Origin: Bacilli bacterium
GTDB taxonomy: Bacteria; Bacillota_I; Bacilli_A; ML615J-28; CAG-313
DNA: 64,000 nt
Direction: 5' to 3'
Assembly (NCBI GenBank): GCA_045652765.1
Contig: JAZOLG010000049.1
Span: 219 to 64,218, forward strand
Position numbers and translations under genes: made by a program. Below are positions 27,084-36,845 of this stretch, piece after piece (within the stretch, counting starts at the first letter, position 1; every line of letters begins with the position of its first letter). The notes under the pieces are model-generated. The model saw only the letters and a program-made list of their open reading frames with translations, did not search any database and had not been told where the DNA came from.

Positions 27084-30052
27084 TAATAAAAAAAATATTA
27101 TTTATAATTTTTGTAAATAGTTTTATATTTCTTGTGTTGCCAATATCTGTTAATGCCCATACTACGAATTTAGGAATTGATGGATATGATGACATTACAT
27201 ATGATGACTGTGATGCAGATTATTATGTTAGTCCATTAGATATTGGTGATGGTTATGATGAAAAATGGTATGATTTAATATGGGGAAATACTGATGAATC
27301 GACAACTCCAAATACTTTTCAATATACAACGATGTGCCACATAGATGATAATATAGATACAATATATTATCAATTTCAAGAAAAAGGCCATGAACAGCCA
27401 ACTACAACCTGGTATACCGAAATTGGAATAACAAATGGAAACAATGTAAAAACAAAATTTGAACAAAGTATGTTAAAGTGGAATAATGTGTACTATTATA
27501 AAAAAACAGCTGATGGTTTATATGAAAAACATAAAATTATTAATTTAGTTAATTATGATTCATTAACTGATAAAAGTGGGATAACGCCTCATATTTTAAT
27601 ACATCCCTATTATGGTGAAAGTGATTTTGTAGCATATGTAACCACTGTTAATGAATCTGAAGTTGAAAGTGATACACAAGTATTTAATGATATTAAACAT
27701 AAACATTTTACACAATTTAGAATGGTGGTAAATATAGGTCATATAAATAATAGTACAATCCTTAAAGATAGAACAGGTGCTCATGAATTAGGACATGTTT
27801 TAGGATTATTTGATATAGATAAAATAGAAAATACTAATGAAGTTTCTATGAATCATCATGAAGAACTGTTGATGGGATATTCAAAAAATAATAATTCTTT
27901 AATTAAACAAACTAATATTACTTATAAAGATATTGCAGGTGTTGCTATAACTAGAGGTTTTCATACAAATAGTGATCATTTATGGTTATATGATGCGAAC
28001 AATCCTAGAGATGGTAAATCGAAATTAATTTGTTCATTGTGTAATTGTGTAAAATATGTGGAAGATATTTCACAATATGATTATGATATTTATCAACAAT
28101 GTGGACATAGTGCAGATAATAAATTTAAACGAATAGATTCTAATATGATACCTGTAGCGAGTTATGGAAATAAAGATTATTATAAGTGTAGATACTGTAG
28201 ATATGTTGCTTCATTTTCAAATTTAGTTGATCAAAATTATTCTTTACTTGATAATTATACAGACAAGTATCACATATATTATAATTCTGTTCTAAATTAT
28301 GAATTATTGGAGAATCATAATTTTAGTATACACTTAGGTGGATATAAATATAAATGTGACACGTGTGAGTGCATTCATGTTAAAGCAGATGATGAATATA
28401 CGATTTCAAATTATTCATTAACAATAAAAGATAGTTTGGAAGTTAGTAATAAAAGGTTAATTAAAGTTAATTGCAAATATAGTAAGCATTATGAAATAAT
28501 ATTCCAAGGTGACTTAAATTTTGATATTGTACTTTATGATGAAAATTTAAATACTATTCAAATAGATTATTTAGAGTTCCAAAACAATAATAAACATTTT
28601 GTTAAAATGTTAAATAATGGAACTTATTATATTGAAATTATTAATCAAAGTTCATTAAATAATGAAGTAAATATGAAAATAATATCACGTAATACTGCAT
28701 ATTTAAGTACTACTGATAATGACATATTAATAAATACGATTAATTTCAATGAGGATATATATTCATCAAATTACTATTATTTTATTAGTTCTAAAGAATC
28801 TGCTATTTTTCAATTTAAAATAATCGGAACAAAATTAGACGGTAATTCAATTGAATTTCCGGCCAATGCAGTAAGTATTTACTTGGACGAAGATAGAACT
28901 ACGGTTTTAAATAAAATTGGAACAAGTTTATATAATGATCCCGCATGTAATAAAGCTGGAGAGAATTCATTTATAGCTTATTTGTCATCAGGAAGCTATT
29001 ATTACATTGATATTAATATTCCGACTGACAATTTAATATCTTTAAATTTGGTCATTGAATTATTTGATATCGAGAATCTTAATTTATTTAACATGGTAGA
29101 AAATGAGAACACTATCTTGGAAATAATTCAAACACATAAATCTGGCGATTATTTTAAAATGTTTGATTTGTATCAAAGCGGTTCATTTTGTATTAATGTA
29201 AATTATGATGGTCAATTAAATCAAGATTTTATATTTATTTTAGCTAAAAGAGTTTACAATGAAACTACGAAAAAATACTCAGTCCAAACAATAAAATTTG
29301 AACATGTTAATTCAAGTAATGATAGCATTTTTTACAATTTAAATTTGCGTGATGGTCAATACTATATTGGTTTCATTAATAAACAAGATAATGATAATTT
29401 TACTGTTAGTATTACAAGAAGAATAACTCAATTTGGAAGTGAACATTTAATTGCCGATCCTGAAGATATTAATTTATGCGGCTCTCAAATAAAAATATTA
29501 GAAATGAATGAAAGTAATAAAAGTTATTTGGAAAATTATATTACTGTTGGATTCACAAGATTAATTTATTTAGATGAAACTGATTTTGATGATTTATCAA
29601 GATTAGAATATTTGTGGTATTCGAGTAATGAATCAATTGCGAAAGTTACTAATTATGGAACAGTGCTTGGGGTTAGTCAAGGAATCGTAAAGATAATGGC
29701 TGTTCATAAAGATGATTGTTCAATTGTCTATGTTAAAGAATTTGAAGTTATAGAAGATAATTCAAATAATCACGATGAAATAGAAGTGACAAGTAATTAT
29801 TCTATAAAATATTCTGAAACTAATAACGGAACATTTCATTTGCAACTTGAAAAAACAAATTGTCCATATCCAATGTATCAAAGTTATTCTTGGGAACAAT
29901 ACATATATAATGAGTCAATTGGAATGGATGCTACAGTACTAGGAAATTGTAATTTTCATGTAACTGGTCCTGGTAATTTTACAATTATTGGAACATATGA
30001 TGTTGATCCAAGGATTAAGATAATTATTAATGTAATAATACTAGACAATTGA
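27080..30052 (+). CDS. Secreted multidomain zinc metalloprotease (metzincin-like, HExxHxxGxxD)
   Basis: Signal peptide ...LPISVNA. HELGHVLGLFD at 27782-27814, with LLMGY about 20 aa downstream as a possible Met-turn. Cys-rich stretch: CSLCNC, CGHS, CRYC, CDTCEC. Three ~100-aa internal repeats each end G(T/S/Q)YY(I/Y)(E/D/G)I (about nt 28400-29425). Big_2-like tail (YLWYSSNESIAKVTNYGTVLGVSQGIVKIMA). Confidence 0.7.
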   Translation: MIIKKILFIIFVNSFIFLVLPISVNAHTTNLGIDGYDDITYDDCDADYYVSPLDIGDGYDEKWYDLIWGNTDESTTPNTFQYTTMCHIDDNIDTIYYQFQEKGHEQPTTTWYTEIGITNGNNVKTKFEQSMLKWNNVYYYKKTADGLYEKHKIINLVNYDSLTDKSGITPHILIHPYYGESDFVAYVTTVNESEVESDTQVFNDIKHKHFTQFRMVVNIGHINNSTILKDRTGAHELGHVLGLFDIDKIENTNEVSMNHHEELLMGYSKNNNSLIKQTNITYKDIAGVAITRGFHTNSDHLWLYDANNPRDGKSKLICSLCNCVKYVEDISQYDYDIYQQCGHSADNKFKRIDSNMIPVASYGNKDYYKCRYCRYVASFSNLVDQNYSLLDNYTDKYHIYYNSVLNYELLENHNFSIHLGGYKYKCDTCECIHVKADDEYTISNYSLTIKDSLEVSNKRLIKVNCKYSKHYEIIFQGDLNFDIVLYDENLNTIQIDYLEFQNNNKHFVKMLNNGTYYIEIINQSSLNNEVNMKIISRNTAYLSTTDNDILINTINFNEDIYSSNYYYFISSKESAIFQFKIIGTKLDGNSIEFPANAVSIYLDEDRTTVLNKIGTSLYNDPACNKAGENSFIAYLSSGSYYYIDINIPTDNLISLNLVIELFDIENLNLFNMVENENTILEIIQTHKSGDYFKMFDLYQSGSFCINVNYDGQLNQDFIFILAKRVYNETTKKYSVQTIKFEHVNSSNDSIFYNLNLRDGQYYIGFINKQDNDNFTVSITRRITQFGSEHLIADPEDINLCGSQIKILEMNESNKSYLENYITVGFTRLIYLDETDFDDLSRLEYLWYSSNESIAKVTNYGTVLGVSQGIVKIMAVHKDDCSIVYVKEFEVIEDNSNNHDEIEVTSNYSIKYSETNNGTFHLQLEKTNCPYPMYQSYSWEQYIYNESIGMDATVLGNCNFHVTGPGNFTIIGTYDVDPRIKIIINVIILDN

Positions 30053-30078
30053 TAATTCAAAATTTTAATAGATAGATT

Positions 30079-30116
30079 GAGATACATTTCATTATTATAA
30101 ATGTATCTCTTTTTTT
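30079..30116 (+). terminator. Rho-independent terminator
   Basis: gagatacat/atgtatctc hairpin plus T7. Confidence 0.8.
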
Positions 30117-30161
30117 ACATAATATTATTTTATTGTAACAAAATATTAATAGGAGGATATT

Positions 30162-30608
30162 ATGGAAAAAACAAATGAATTAAATAAATTTTTATCGTAT
30201 ATTCATATGGGTACTAGTATTTTTAGGATTTATATGGATAATGCAGAAAGATTACATGCGGATTCATTAATCAGTTTAATCAAAGAAATTGAAGAGATTT
30301 TCAAAACGCATGAAGAAAAGATTACAAGACTAATTCATGAAGAAAATGAAAAAGCAACAACAAGCTTAACTGCTGCTGGAATACTTGGCGTTTATAAAGA
30401 AAAACTTAAAATTTTCGATAATGCTTTTACAATTTGTATTAATGCATTAAAATCTACTAATATGGGTCTTATTAGTGCAATTAAATTTTTAGAAGATAAT
30501 AAAGAACTTCATAAAGAGATTAAAGATATTGTAATTAATGTAATAGAAGATTATCAAAGAATTGAAAAGAAATTAGTTGATTATGTTATGTTAAGGCTTA
30601 ATGATTAA
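30162..30608 (+). CDS. Hypothetical all-helical protein (possibly DUF2383/ferritin-like four-helix bundle)
   Basis: 148 aa with helical heptad-like composition and no TM. The family assignment rests on pattern recall only. Confidence 0.3.
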   Translation: MEKTNELNKFLSYIHMGTSIFRIYMDNAERLHADSLISLIKEIEEIFKTHEEKITRLIHEENEKATTSLTAAGILGVYKEKLKIFDNAFTICINALKSTNMGLISAIKFLEDNKELHKEIKDIVINVIEDYQRIEKKLVDYVMLRLND

Positions 30609-30673
30609 CAAATAAGTTATTTTAAAGTCTATTTTGTGATATAATTTAGATGATAGAATAATGGAGGGTTATT

Positions 30674-31600
30674 ATGAGTAGTTTTAAAGATTTAAGAATA
30701 GTAGATAATTTCTATCAAACATCTTCATTTTTTCCAATGCCACTTTGTTTAATTGGAACTTTAGATGAAAAAGGAGAACACACATCTTTTGGTGCATATT
30801 CTCTTGTCTTTCCTTATTATATAGCAGGTAAAGATTATTACGCAATGGTCTTAGAATGTCGAAATTCATCCAATACATGTAAAGGACTTTTAAGACATGG
30901 AAAATGTACGATTAATTTTTTACCATATTCTAAAAAAGGCTTTAAAGAACATGTAAGACTTGGTTTTCCTGGTGATACGCCAGAAGAAAAAATGAAAGAA
31001 TTTAAATATCACGTTGAAGATGGATTAAGTCACTTAGATTATCCAAGTGTAAAATATCCAAAAGTTATAACAGAGGCATTACAGGTTTTTGAATGTACTT
31101 GGGTAAAAGAATTAGATCATGCCGAAAATGATATTATCCAAGAAGAATATAATGGACCATATCATGATTTTAATGGTATTACTTCTAAATATGGTGCACA
31201 TTTTATTTTAAAGATTGATCATATATTGATGAAAGAGAAATATTATGATTCAATTATTAATGGTGTAACAAGAAGTAATTTCTGTCCACTTCCAACTAAT
31301 TGGGGATATCGTGATTCCAAAAATTTCTGGTGTAGTGATTATAAAAAACCTAGTGCTGAAGGTATTCCAAATAAAGAGATTGATTTGACATCAATTAGAT
31401 ATGCGGCTGATAGGGTTGATGATGTTGTTAAGTTTACGGATGATGCTTTAAAAATGCTCGTTAAAGTTCCCAGACCATTCTTAAAGTTAGTGCTTACAGG
31501 ATGTGTAAATTGGGCAAAAGAAAATAATTGTACTTTAATTACGGAAAAAGAAATTGCGATTATTAATGATAAACGCTCAAAAGAAAAGAAAAAGAAATAA
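30674..31600 (+). CDS. Flavin-reductase-like domain protein with a PCP_red-like C-terminal domain
   Basis: The N-terminus PMPLCLIGTLDEKGEHTSFGAYSLV fits the flavin reductase-like FMN-binding fold pattern. The C-terminus FTDDALKMLVKVPRPFLKLVLTGCVNWAKENNCTLITEKEI resembles the PCP_red (PF08369) pattern. Both are from recall. Confidence 0.35.
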   Translation: MSSFKDLRIVDNFYQTSSFFPMPLCLIGTLDEKGEHTSFGAYSLVFPYYIAGKDYYAMVLECRNSSNTCKGLLRHGKCTINFLPYSKKGFKEHVRLGFPGDTPEEKMKEFKYHVEDGLSHLDYPSVKYPKVITEALQVFECTWVKELDHAENDIIQEEYNGPYHDFNGITSKYGAHFILKIDHILMKEKYYDSIINGVTRSNFCPLPTNWGYRDSKNFWCSDYKKPSAEGIPNKEIDLTSIRYAADRVDDVVKFTDDALKMLVKVPRPFLKLVLTGCVNWAKENNCTLITEKEIAIINDKRSKEKKKK

Positions 31601-31602
31601 AG

Positions 31603-31643
31603 AAAAGGTCTAAAAACAGTTTGACTGTTCTTAGACCTTTTTT
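31603..31643. terminator. Bidirectional terminator
   Basis: aaaaggtctaa...ttagacctttt with inner aacagt/actgtt, between convergent genes. Confidence 0.8.
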
Positions 31644-32973
31644 AATTATTAACTAAATTTAAAGTTTTCCATTTACCTTTTTTAAGTCTTATAATAAAGA
31701 TAAATGCTCGTGATAGTTCATCAATGGACATTGCAATCCAAATGCCAACAATACCCATTTTTAGCGAAACACCAAAAATGTAACTACCGACAACAGCTAC
31801 TAACCAGCAAAAGATAATTGCAAGTAGGGTAGGAAAAATCACGTCACCACTTGTTTGTAATGCTCTTACTAGTGTAATATTAACAGCTCTTCCTATTTCC
31901 AAAAATACTTCAATCCACATAATATAGCAACATAGTTTAATTACTTCAATATCAGTTGTAAATAATTTAAATATAATAGACGAACTAATTGCAAGACTAA
32001 TAGAAATGATTAAACTAGACATCAGTGAAAATAATAAAGTTTTGTTTATTAAATTTTCAGCTTCTTTAATTTCTTTGGCACCTAAGTATCTACCTAGTAG
32101 TATTTGCATTGCTTGTGAAATAGAAGAAGTAAAGATAAATGAAAAAGGCAAAACAATATTGGCATATGTTCTTGCGATAGGAGCAGCATAATTTATTCTT
32201 AAACCAATTATATTTATAATAGCAAGTATAACAATTTGTGATATGGAATAAGAAAATGATTCTCCAGCTGATGGGATACTTATTTTTAATAGTTTTTTAA
32301 GTTCTTTAAATGAGGTATCAAAGGCGTATTTAAATGATAATCTAATTTTTGTTAGTTTTAAAACCATGATAATTAAGACGATACATCCAACACTACGGGA
32401 TATAACTGTTCCAAGAGCTACCGCTGTAATACTAGGCAATTTTAAAACATACAAGAATAACGCATTTAGTCCAACATTTAAAATATTGATACAAGTTGAA
32501 ACAATAAACCCTTCAAATACAAAGGTATTACTTCTTAAGAATGTAGTAGATGTTAATAAAATTGCTTGTAAAAATAATGTTCCACCACATATTCTTAAAT
32601 AAACTATAGCAGCATTAAAAGATTCTTGATTTACTTTCATTAATCTAAAAATATCTTCAGCAAAGATTAACATTGTTAGTCCAATAATAAAGCTTAAGAA
32701 AAGATTAAAATAAAAGGCAATAGAATATATTTTCTTTTCTTTTTCTGGCTGATTAGCACCTTTATATTGATTGACTAGGATCAAACTTCCGGCTGCAAGA
32801 ACTGATATGAAGACCGTAAGAACATCAATAATAGAATTAGCTTGATTAATTGCATTTGCGATAAAATCATTGCGGACCATTATTTTATCAATATTACCCA
32901 GTAGTACTTGTAATATTAATTCTAAAAAGATTGGAATGGTTAGTTTAAATAATAATTTTATATCTTTCTTCAT
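31642..32973 (-). CDS. MATE-family efflux transporter
   Basis: 12-TM-type protein with an N-terminus LFKLTIPIFLELILQVLLGNIDKIMV typical of MATE. Start moved to ATG 32973 (gaggt SD). The track start at 32991 directly abuts a TATAAT box. Confidence 0.8.
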   Translation of the reverse strand: MKKDIKLLFKLTIPIFLELILQVLLGNIDKIMVRNDFIANAINQANSIIDVLTVFISVLAAGSLILVNQYKGANQPEKEKKIYSIAFYFNLFLSFIIGLTMLIFAEDIFRLMKVNQESFNAAIVYLRICGGTLFLQAILLTSTTFLRSNTFVFEGFIVSTCINILNVGLNALFLYVLKLPSITAVALGTVISRSVGCIVLIIMVLKLTKIRLSFKYAFDTSFKELKKLLKISIPSAGESFSYSISQIVILAIINIIGLRINYAAPIARTYANIVLPFSFIFTSSISQAMQILLGRYLGAKEIKEAENLINKTLLFSLMSSLIISISLAISSSIIFKLFTTDIEVIKLCCYIMWIEVFLEIGRAVNITLVRALQTSGDVIFPTLLAIIFCWLVAVVGSYIFGVSLKMGIVGIWIAMSIDELSRAFIFIIRLKKGKWKTLNLVNN

Positions 32974-33011
32974 ATAAACCTCAAAGTCCATATATTATAT
33001 CATTAAATAAT

Positions 33012-33037
33012 AAAAACAGGTTTTAAATAAACCTGTT
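33012..33037 (-). terminator. Terminator of the beta-helix lipoprotein gene
   Basis: aacaggttt/aaacctgtt hairpin followed by a T-run on the minus strand. Confidence 0.65.
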
Positions 33038-33045
33038 AATTTAAT

Positions 33046-34947
33046 TTATCTAGGGGGTCTTCCTCCACCACCAGGAGGTCTTCCTCCAGATCCACTCATG
33101 CCTTGATTACCAACATTAGTTAAAGTTGATGATAAAGTAACTGTATAGTTTGTTGTTCCTATAGTGATTTTATAAGTAGATCCCATTTCAAAATTTTCTA
33201 AACTTATTACAATCGATTGAAATGATTTAAGGGAAGTTGTTTCTAATAAAATATTTTCATTTTGATCTTCAATTTTTATTTGAGTATTTGATGTAGTTGT
33301 ATTGATACCAAGAACTAAAGAACATTGTTTAGAATTATTACTTGGTGTTTCAATCATACCCATTGGACCAATAGCAATTAGATTACCACCGTTAACTAAA
33401 ATACCCCTATCAGCATCTAAAGCAGCATTATCATTTTTTGTTGGACCATTAATGATAATGGTTCCACCTGCAATTTCAACAGTTCCATTACTATCTATTC
33501 CATCACCTTCTACATTTAATAAAATGTTGCCTCCGCCAATATAAATATTGTAAGGATAATTTGTAAGGTCACTGTTAGCTGCATTGATACCATCATCAGC
33601 GCTTATCAAATTAAAATCTCCACCATAAATTTCAACGCTTGCACCTTCAATTGCTTCATAGCATTTATTTACCGTTAAATTGCCATTATGAATTGTTGTA
33701 ATATATTCAGCGTGCACGGCATCATCACCAGTAGAAATTTCAAAGTTACCATCAAAAATAATTAAGTTGCCCTTAGAAGTAATTGCATCATCATTACTGT
33801 TTATAACAAAGTTACCGCCAAGAATTACAAATAAATAATTATATTCAGATGTAGATAATAAATCAGTTTCTTCTTCAGTTTCTGGATCAACATATTTGAT
33901 ACCACTAGCACGAATTGCTTTGCCATCAGCATTATCAGAAGAAGTTTCAGTAATTGTAGATGGTGCACCACCGTTTGTTGTTACTTGAATTGTATGATTT
34001 ACTGAGTTATCAATTTTTAGATAAGAGTTTGCATCAATACCATTATCAAGTACATCAATTGTAATGTTAGAATTCTTAATGTATATAAATCCTGCATAAA
34101 TGTCGTTAACAACAATATCATCTAAAGATTCTGCCTCTACATCGGTTTTAATGCCATCATTTTCAGATTTTACAAAGATATTTGCATTATAAATACCCAT
34201 AGTGTTGCCACTTTTAATTCCGTTATCATTGACATCAATATTAATTGTAGTATCAAATATAAATAAATCTTTTTTGACTTTAATGCCAGTAGTTTCTTCA
34301 CCAAAGGATTTTAAATTAAGTTCACCACTACCACAAATAATTAAATTAGATTTTTTAGCTTGTATAACTGCACATCCTTCATCTGCCTCGGTTGTATCAC
34401 CTACGCTATCGCTTAAGTAATTAGTAGTGTTTTCCATGATCTCTAAAATACGAACACCACTATGCTTTTTAAAAGTAATGGCAGGATATGGTTGAGTATC
34501 TAATGTTTTAATAGTGACATTATTTAATAGAACTTTAATGGAATCGGCATCACCATCAATAACTAATGCTCCATTTAATGAGCCAATAAGTTCATAATTA
34601 CCGTTATTGAAAATGGTTAAGATATTATCCTTATATGTATAATCTGTAGATGTTGATAAATTATTTAAATCAATTAGAATTTTATGATCATTTGTTATAA
34701 AATCATTTGATTTTAAATTTTCAATCTCTTGATTAACAGGAATTTTACTAATTGTTATTTCGCTTTCTTCGGTTTGATCACCAGTTCCACCACCACCTAG
34801 GTTGTCCCAATCATCTGGTGTGTTTGGCGGTAAGTCCGGAATCTCACCTTCTGGAATGTTGTTTTGACCATTGTTTATAGTTGGGGAAAAATTACAACTA
34901 GAAAGGGTAAAAAGGCCTAATGTTAATAAAAATATAATTTTCTTCAT
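33046..34947 (-). CDS. Beta-helix lipoprotein, Cthe_2159-like carbohydrate-binding family
   Basis: Lipobox LSSC. The segment NGNYELIGSLNGALVIDGDADSIKVLLNNVTIKT...NYLSDS and periodic (D/N)DGI(K/D/N) turns match the PF14262 pattern as I recall it. Gly/Arg/Pro tail GSGGRPPGGGGRPPR. Confidence 0.55.
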   Translation of the reverse strand: MKKIIFLLTLGLFTLSSCNFSPTINNGQNNIPEGEIPDLPPNTPDDWDNLGGGGTGDQTEESEITISKIPVNQEIENLKSNDFITNDHKILIDLNNLSTSTDYTYKDNILTIFNNGNYELIGSLNGALVIDGDADSIKVLLNNVTIKTLDTQPYPAITFKKHSGVRILEIMENTTNYLSDSVGDTTEADEGCAVIQAKKSNLIICGSGELNLKSFGEETTGIKVKKDLFIFDTTINIDVNDNGIKSGNTMGIYNANIFVKSENDGIKTDVEAESLDDIVVNDIYAGFIYIKNSNITIDVLDNGIDANSYLKIDNSVNHTIQVTTNGGAPSTITETSSDNADGKAIRASGIKYVDPETEEETDLLSTSEYNYLFVILGGNFVINSNDDAITSKGNLIIFDGNFEISTGDDAVHAEYITTIHNGNLTVNKCYEAIEGASVEIYGGDFNLISADDGINAANSDLTNYPYNIYIGGGNILLNVEGDGIDSNGTVEIAGGTIIINGPTKNDNAALDADRGILVNGGNLIAIGPMGMIETPSNNSKQCSLVLGINTTTSNTQIKIEDQNENILLETTSLKSFQSIVISLENFEMGSTYKITIGTTNYTVTLSSTLTNVGNQGMSGSGGRPPGGGGRPPR

Positions 34948-35085
34948 ATCATCCTCCTCAATTTATTATAGTTAAATTATAAATAAAATACAAGTAAAAA
35001 ACAATTTTTTTGATTAATTGTAATTATTAAAGTTATATGATATAATACATTTAATAGTATTAGAATATAATTAAGAGGTGTGTTT

Positions 35086-36747
35086 ATGAGAAAAATAATT
35101 AATTTATTGTTTATTGCTTTTATGTTTTTGTTAGCTGCAGGATGTGTAACTAGTCATATTCATTCATATGTTGATGGCGTATGTTCATGTGGAGAAAAAG
35201 AAATTATTACTTATACAGTTGTTTTTAAAGATATTGATGGGAATATTTTAAAAACAGAAGTTGTAGAAGAAAACAAAAGTGCTACTGCACCTGATGTTGA
35301 AGATAACTACGGATATACATTTCTTGGATGGGATAAAGACTTTTCAAAAGTTACAAGTGATTTAGAAGTAAATGCTATGTATGATTTAATGGAATTTAAT
35401 GTTAAATTTTATGGATTTTATGGTGAACTATTAAAAACAGAAAAAGTTCTTATGAAAAATTCGGCGACTGCACCAGATGTTCCTGAAGTTCCATATCACG
35501 AATTTAAAGGGTGGAATGTTGATTTTTCATCTGTAGATCATCACATGGATGTAAGAGCAGTGTATGATGAAAATATGGAGACTTATGCTATGAATGATGT
35601 GAATTATTGGTTACAAGAATTATCTAAAAAGTATAACATTAAAGAAACTGTTATGACATTAGAACAAATTGTATCTTTTAATCAATTAGTATATTCTGAT
35701 TATACAAAAACTGAAGTAGTTGATGTTTTAAGCCTTGCAAGTAGTGTGCCAATGGACACAGTAAAAACAATGATTAATGCTTATTCTAATATGAATAAAT
35801 ATACTGTATATAATAATGAAACAAAATCAAGTATTACAACTTGGGAAAAGAATGATATTCTTGCTAATCGTAATCTAGATAATATTAGTGATATAGTAAA
35901 TGTTCAATACGGATTAATTGTTGATTTTGCGTGGTTAAGAAGTTATCCAACAAATTACTATTCTAATGATTATGCTATGGATAGATTCCAAGAAACATCA
36001 CTTAATGTCGGAGAACCACTAGCAATTTATCATGAAAGTAGTGATGGTAATTGGTATTTTGTTCAAGCTGAAAACTATAATGGTTGGATTGAAAAGAAAT
36101 ATGTCGCAGTTTGTACATACGAAGAAATGGTTAGCTTTGTAACTGCGAAAGACCGTCTTGTTGTAATTAGCGATTATGTTGAAATTGGTTCGGCATATGT
36201 TAGAATGGGACAATCATTCCCAATAACATCACTTGTTACGGAAAGTTATCAAATTCTATTCCCAACAAGAAAAGCAGATGGAACATTAGAACTTGTGACA
36301 AAATATATTAATCCATCGTCTGACTATTCAGTAGGTTATTTAGAATATACACTTGAGAATATGATTACACAAGCTTTTAAATTATTGGGTATAGATTATA
36401 GTTGGGGTGATAAAAACAAAGATGGTCGTGATTGTTCTTCAACAATGAATGCTATCTTTAGAAGCTTTGGTTTTGTAATGCCAAGAAATACAAGCAATCA
36501 ACTAGCTATTCCAACTCATGGACTTAGAGTAAGTGGATTATCTCCTGTTAGTATTAAAAAGTATCATCCAGGCACAATGATTTTTACTAGCAGTCACGTA
36601 ATGTTATATATAGGTGAAGATGCTGATGGAAATCCATATTTATTACATAATACAACATCTGGTGATGGTGCATGTATTTTACAATCACTTCAAAGTTATG
36701 GTGGAAGTAAAATGATAGCGGTACTACGCCCATATCAATTAAATTAA
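35086..36747 (+). CDS. Lipoprotein: Listeria-Bacteroides repeats + SH3-like + C-terminal NlpC/P60 peptidoglycan endopeptidase
   Basis: Lipobox LAAGC. Repeat cores YGYTFLGWD and HEFKGWN. SH3-like SDGNWYFVQAENYNGWIEKKYV. NlpC/P60 Cys in GRDCSSTMNAIF and His in SSHVMLYIG. ATG 35086 has an agaggtg SD; the track's GTG at 35080 sits in the SD. Confidence 0.8.
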   Translation: MRKIINLLFIAFMFLLAAGCVTSHIHSYVDGVCSCGEKEIITYTVVFKDIDGNILKTEVVEENKSATAPDVEDNYGYTFLGWDKDFSKVTSDLEVNAMYDLMEFNVKFYGFYGELLKTEKVLMKNSATAPDVPEVPYHEFKGWNVDFSSVDHHMDVRAVYDENMETYAMNDVNYWLQELSKKYNIKETVMTLEQIVSFNQLVYSDYTKTEVVDVLSLASSVPMDTVKTMINAYSNMNKYTVYNNETKSSITTWEKNDILANRNLDNISDIVNVQYGLIVDFAWLRSYPTNYYSNDYAMDRFQETSLNVGEPLAIYHESSDGNWYFVQAENYNGWIEKKYVAVCTYEEMVSFVTAKDRLVVISDYVEIGSAYVRMGQSFPITSLVTESYQILFPTRKADGTLELVTKYINPSSDYSVGYLEYTLENMITQAFKLLGIDYSWGDKNKDGRDCSSTMNAIFRSFGFVMPRNTSNQLAIPTHGLRVSGLSPVSIKKYHPGTMIFTSSHVMLYIGEDADGNPYLLHNTTSGDGACILQSLQSYGGSKMIAVLRPYQLN

Positions 36748-36772
36748 GGTACAAATTAATTGTACCTTTTTT
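36746..36772 (+). terminator. Rho-independent terminator
   Basis: aaggtacaa/ttgtacctt hairpin plus T-run. Confidence 0.75.
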
Positions 36773-36845
36773 ACTTGCAATTTAAGTGGAATTGATATAC
36801 AATATATAAGATAGAATTATATTCTATTTAGTTTTGGAGAATATT

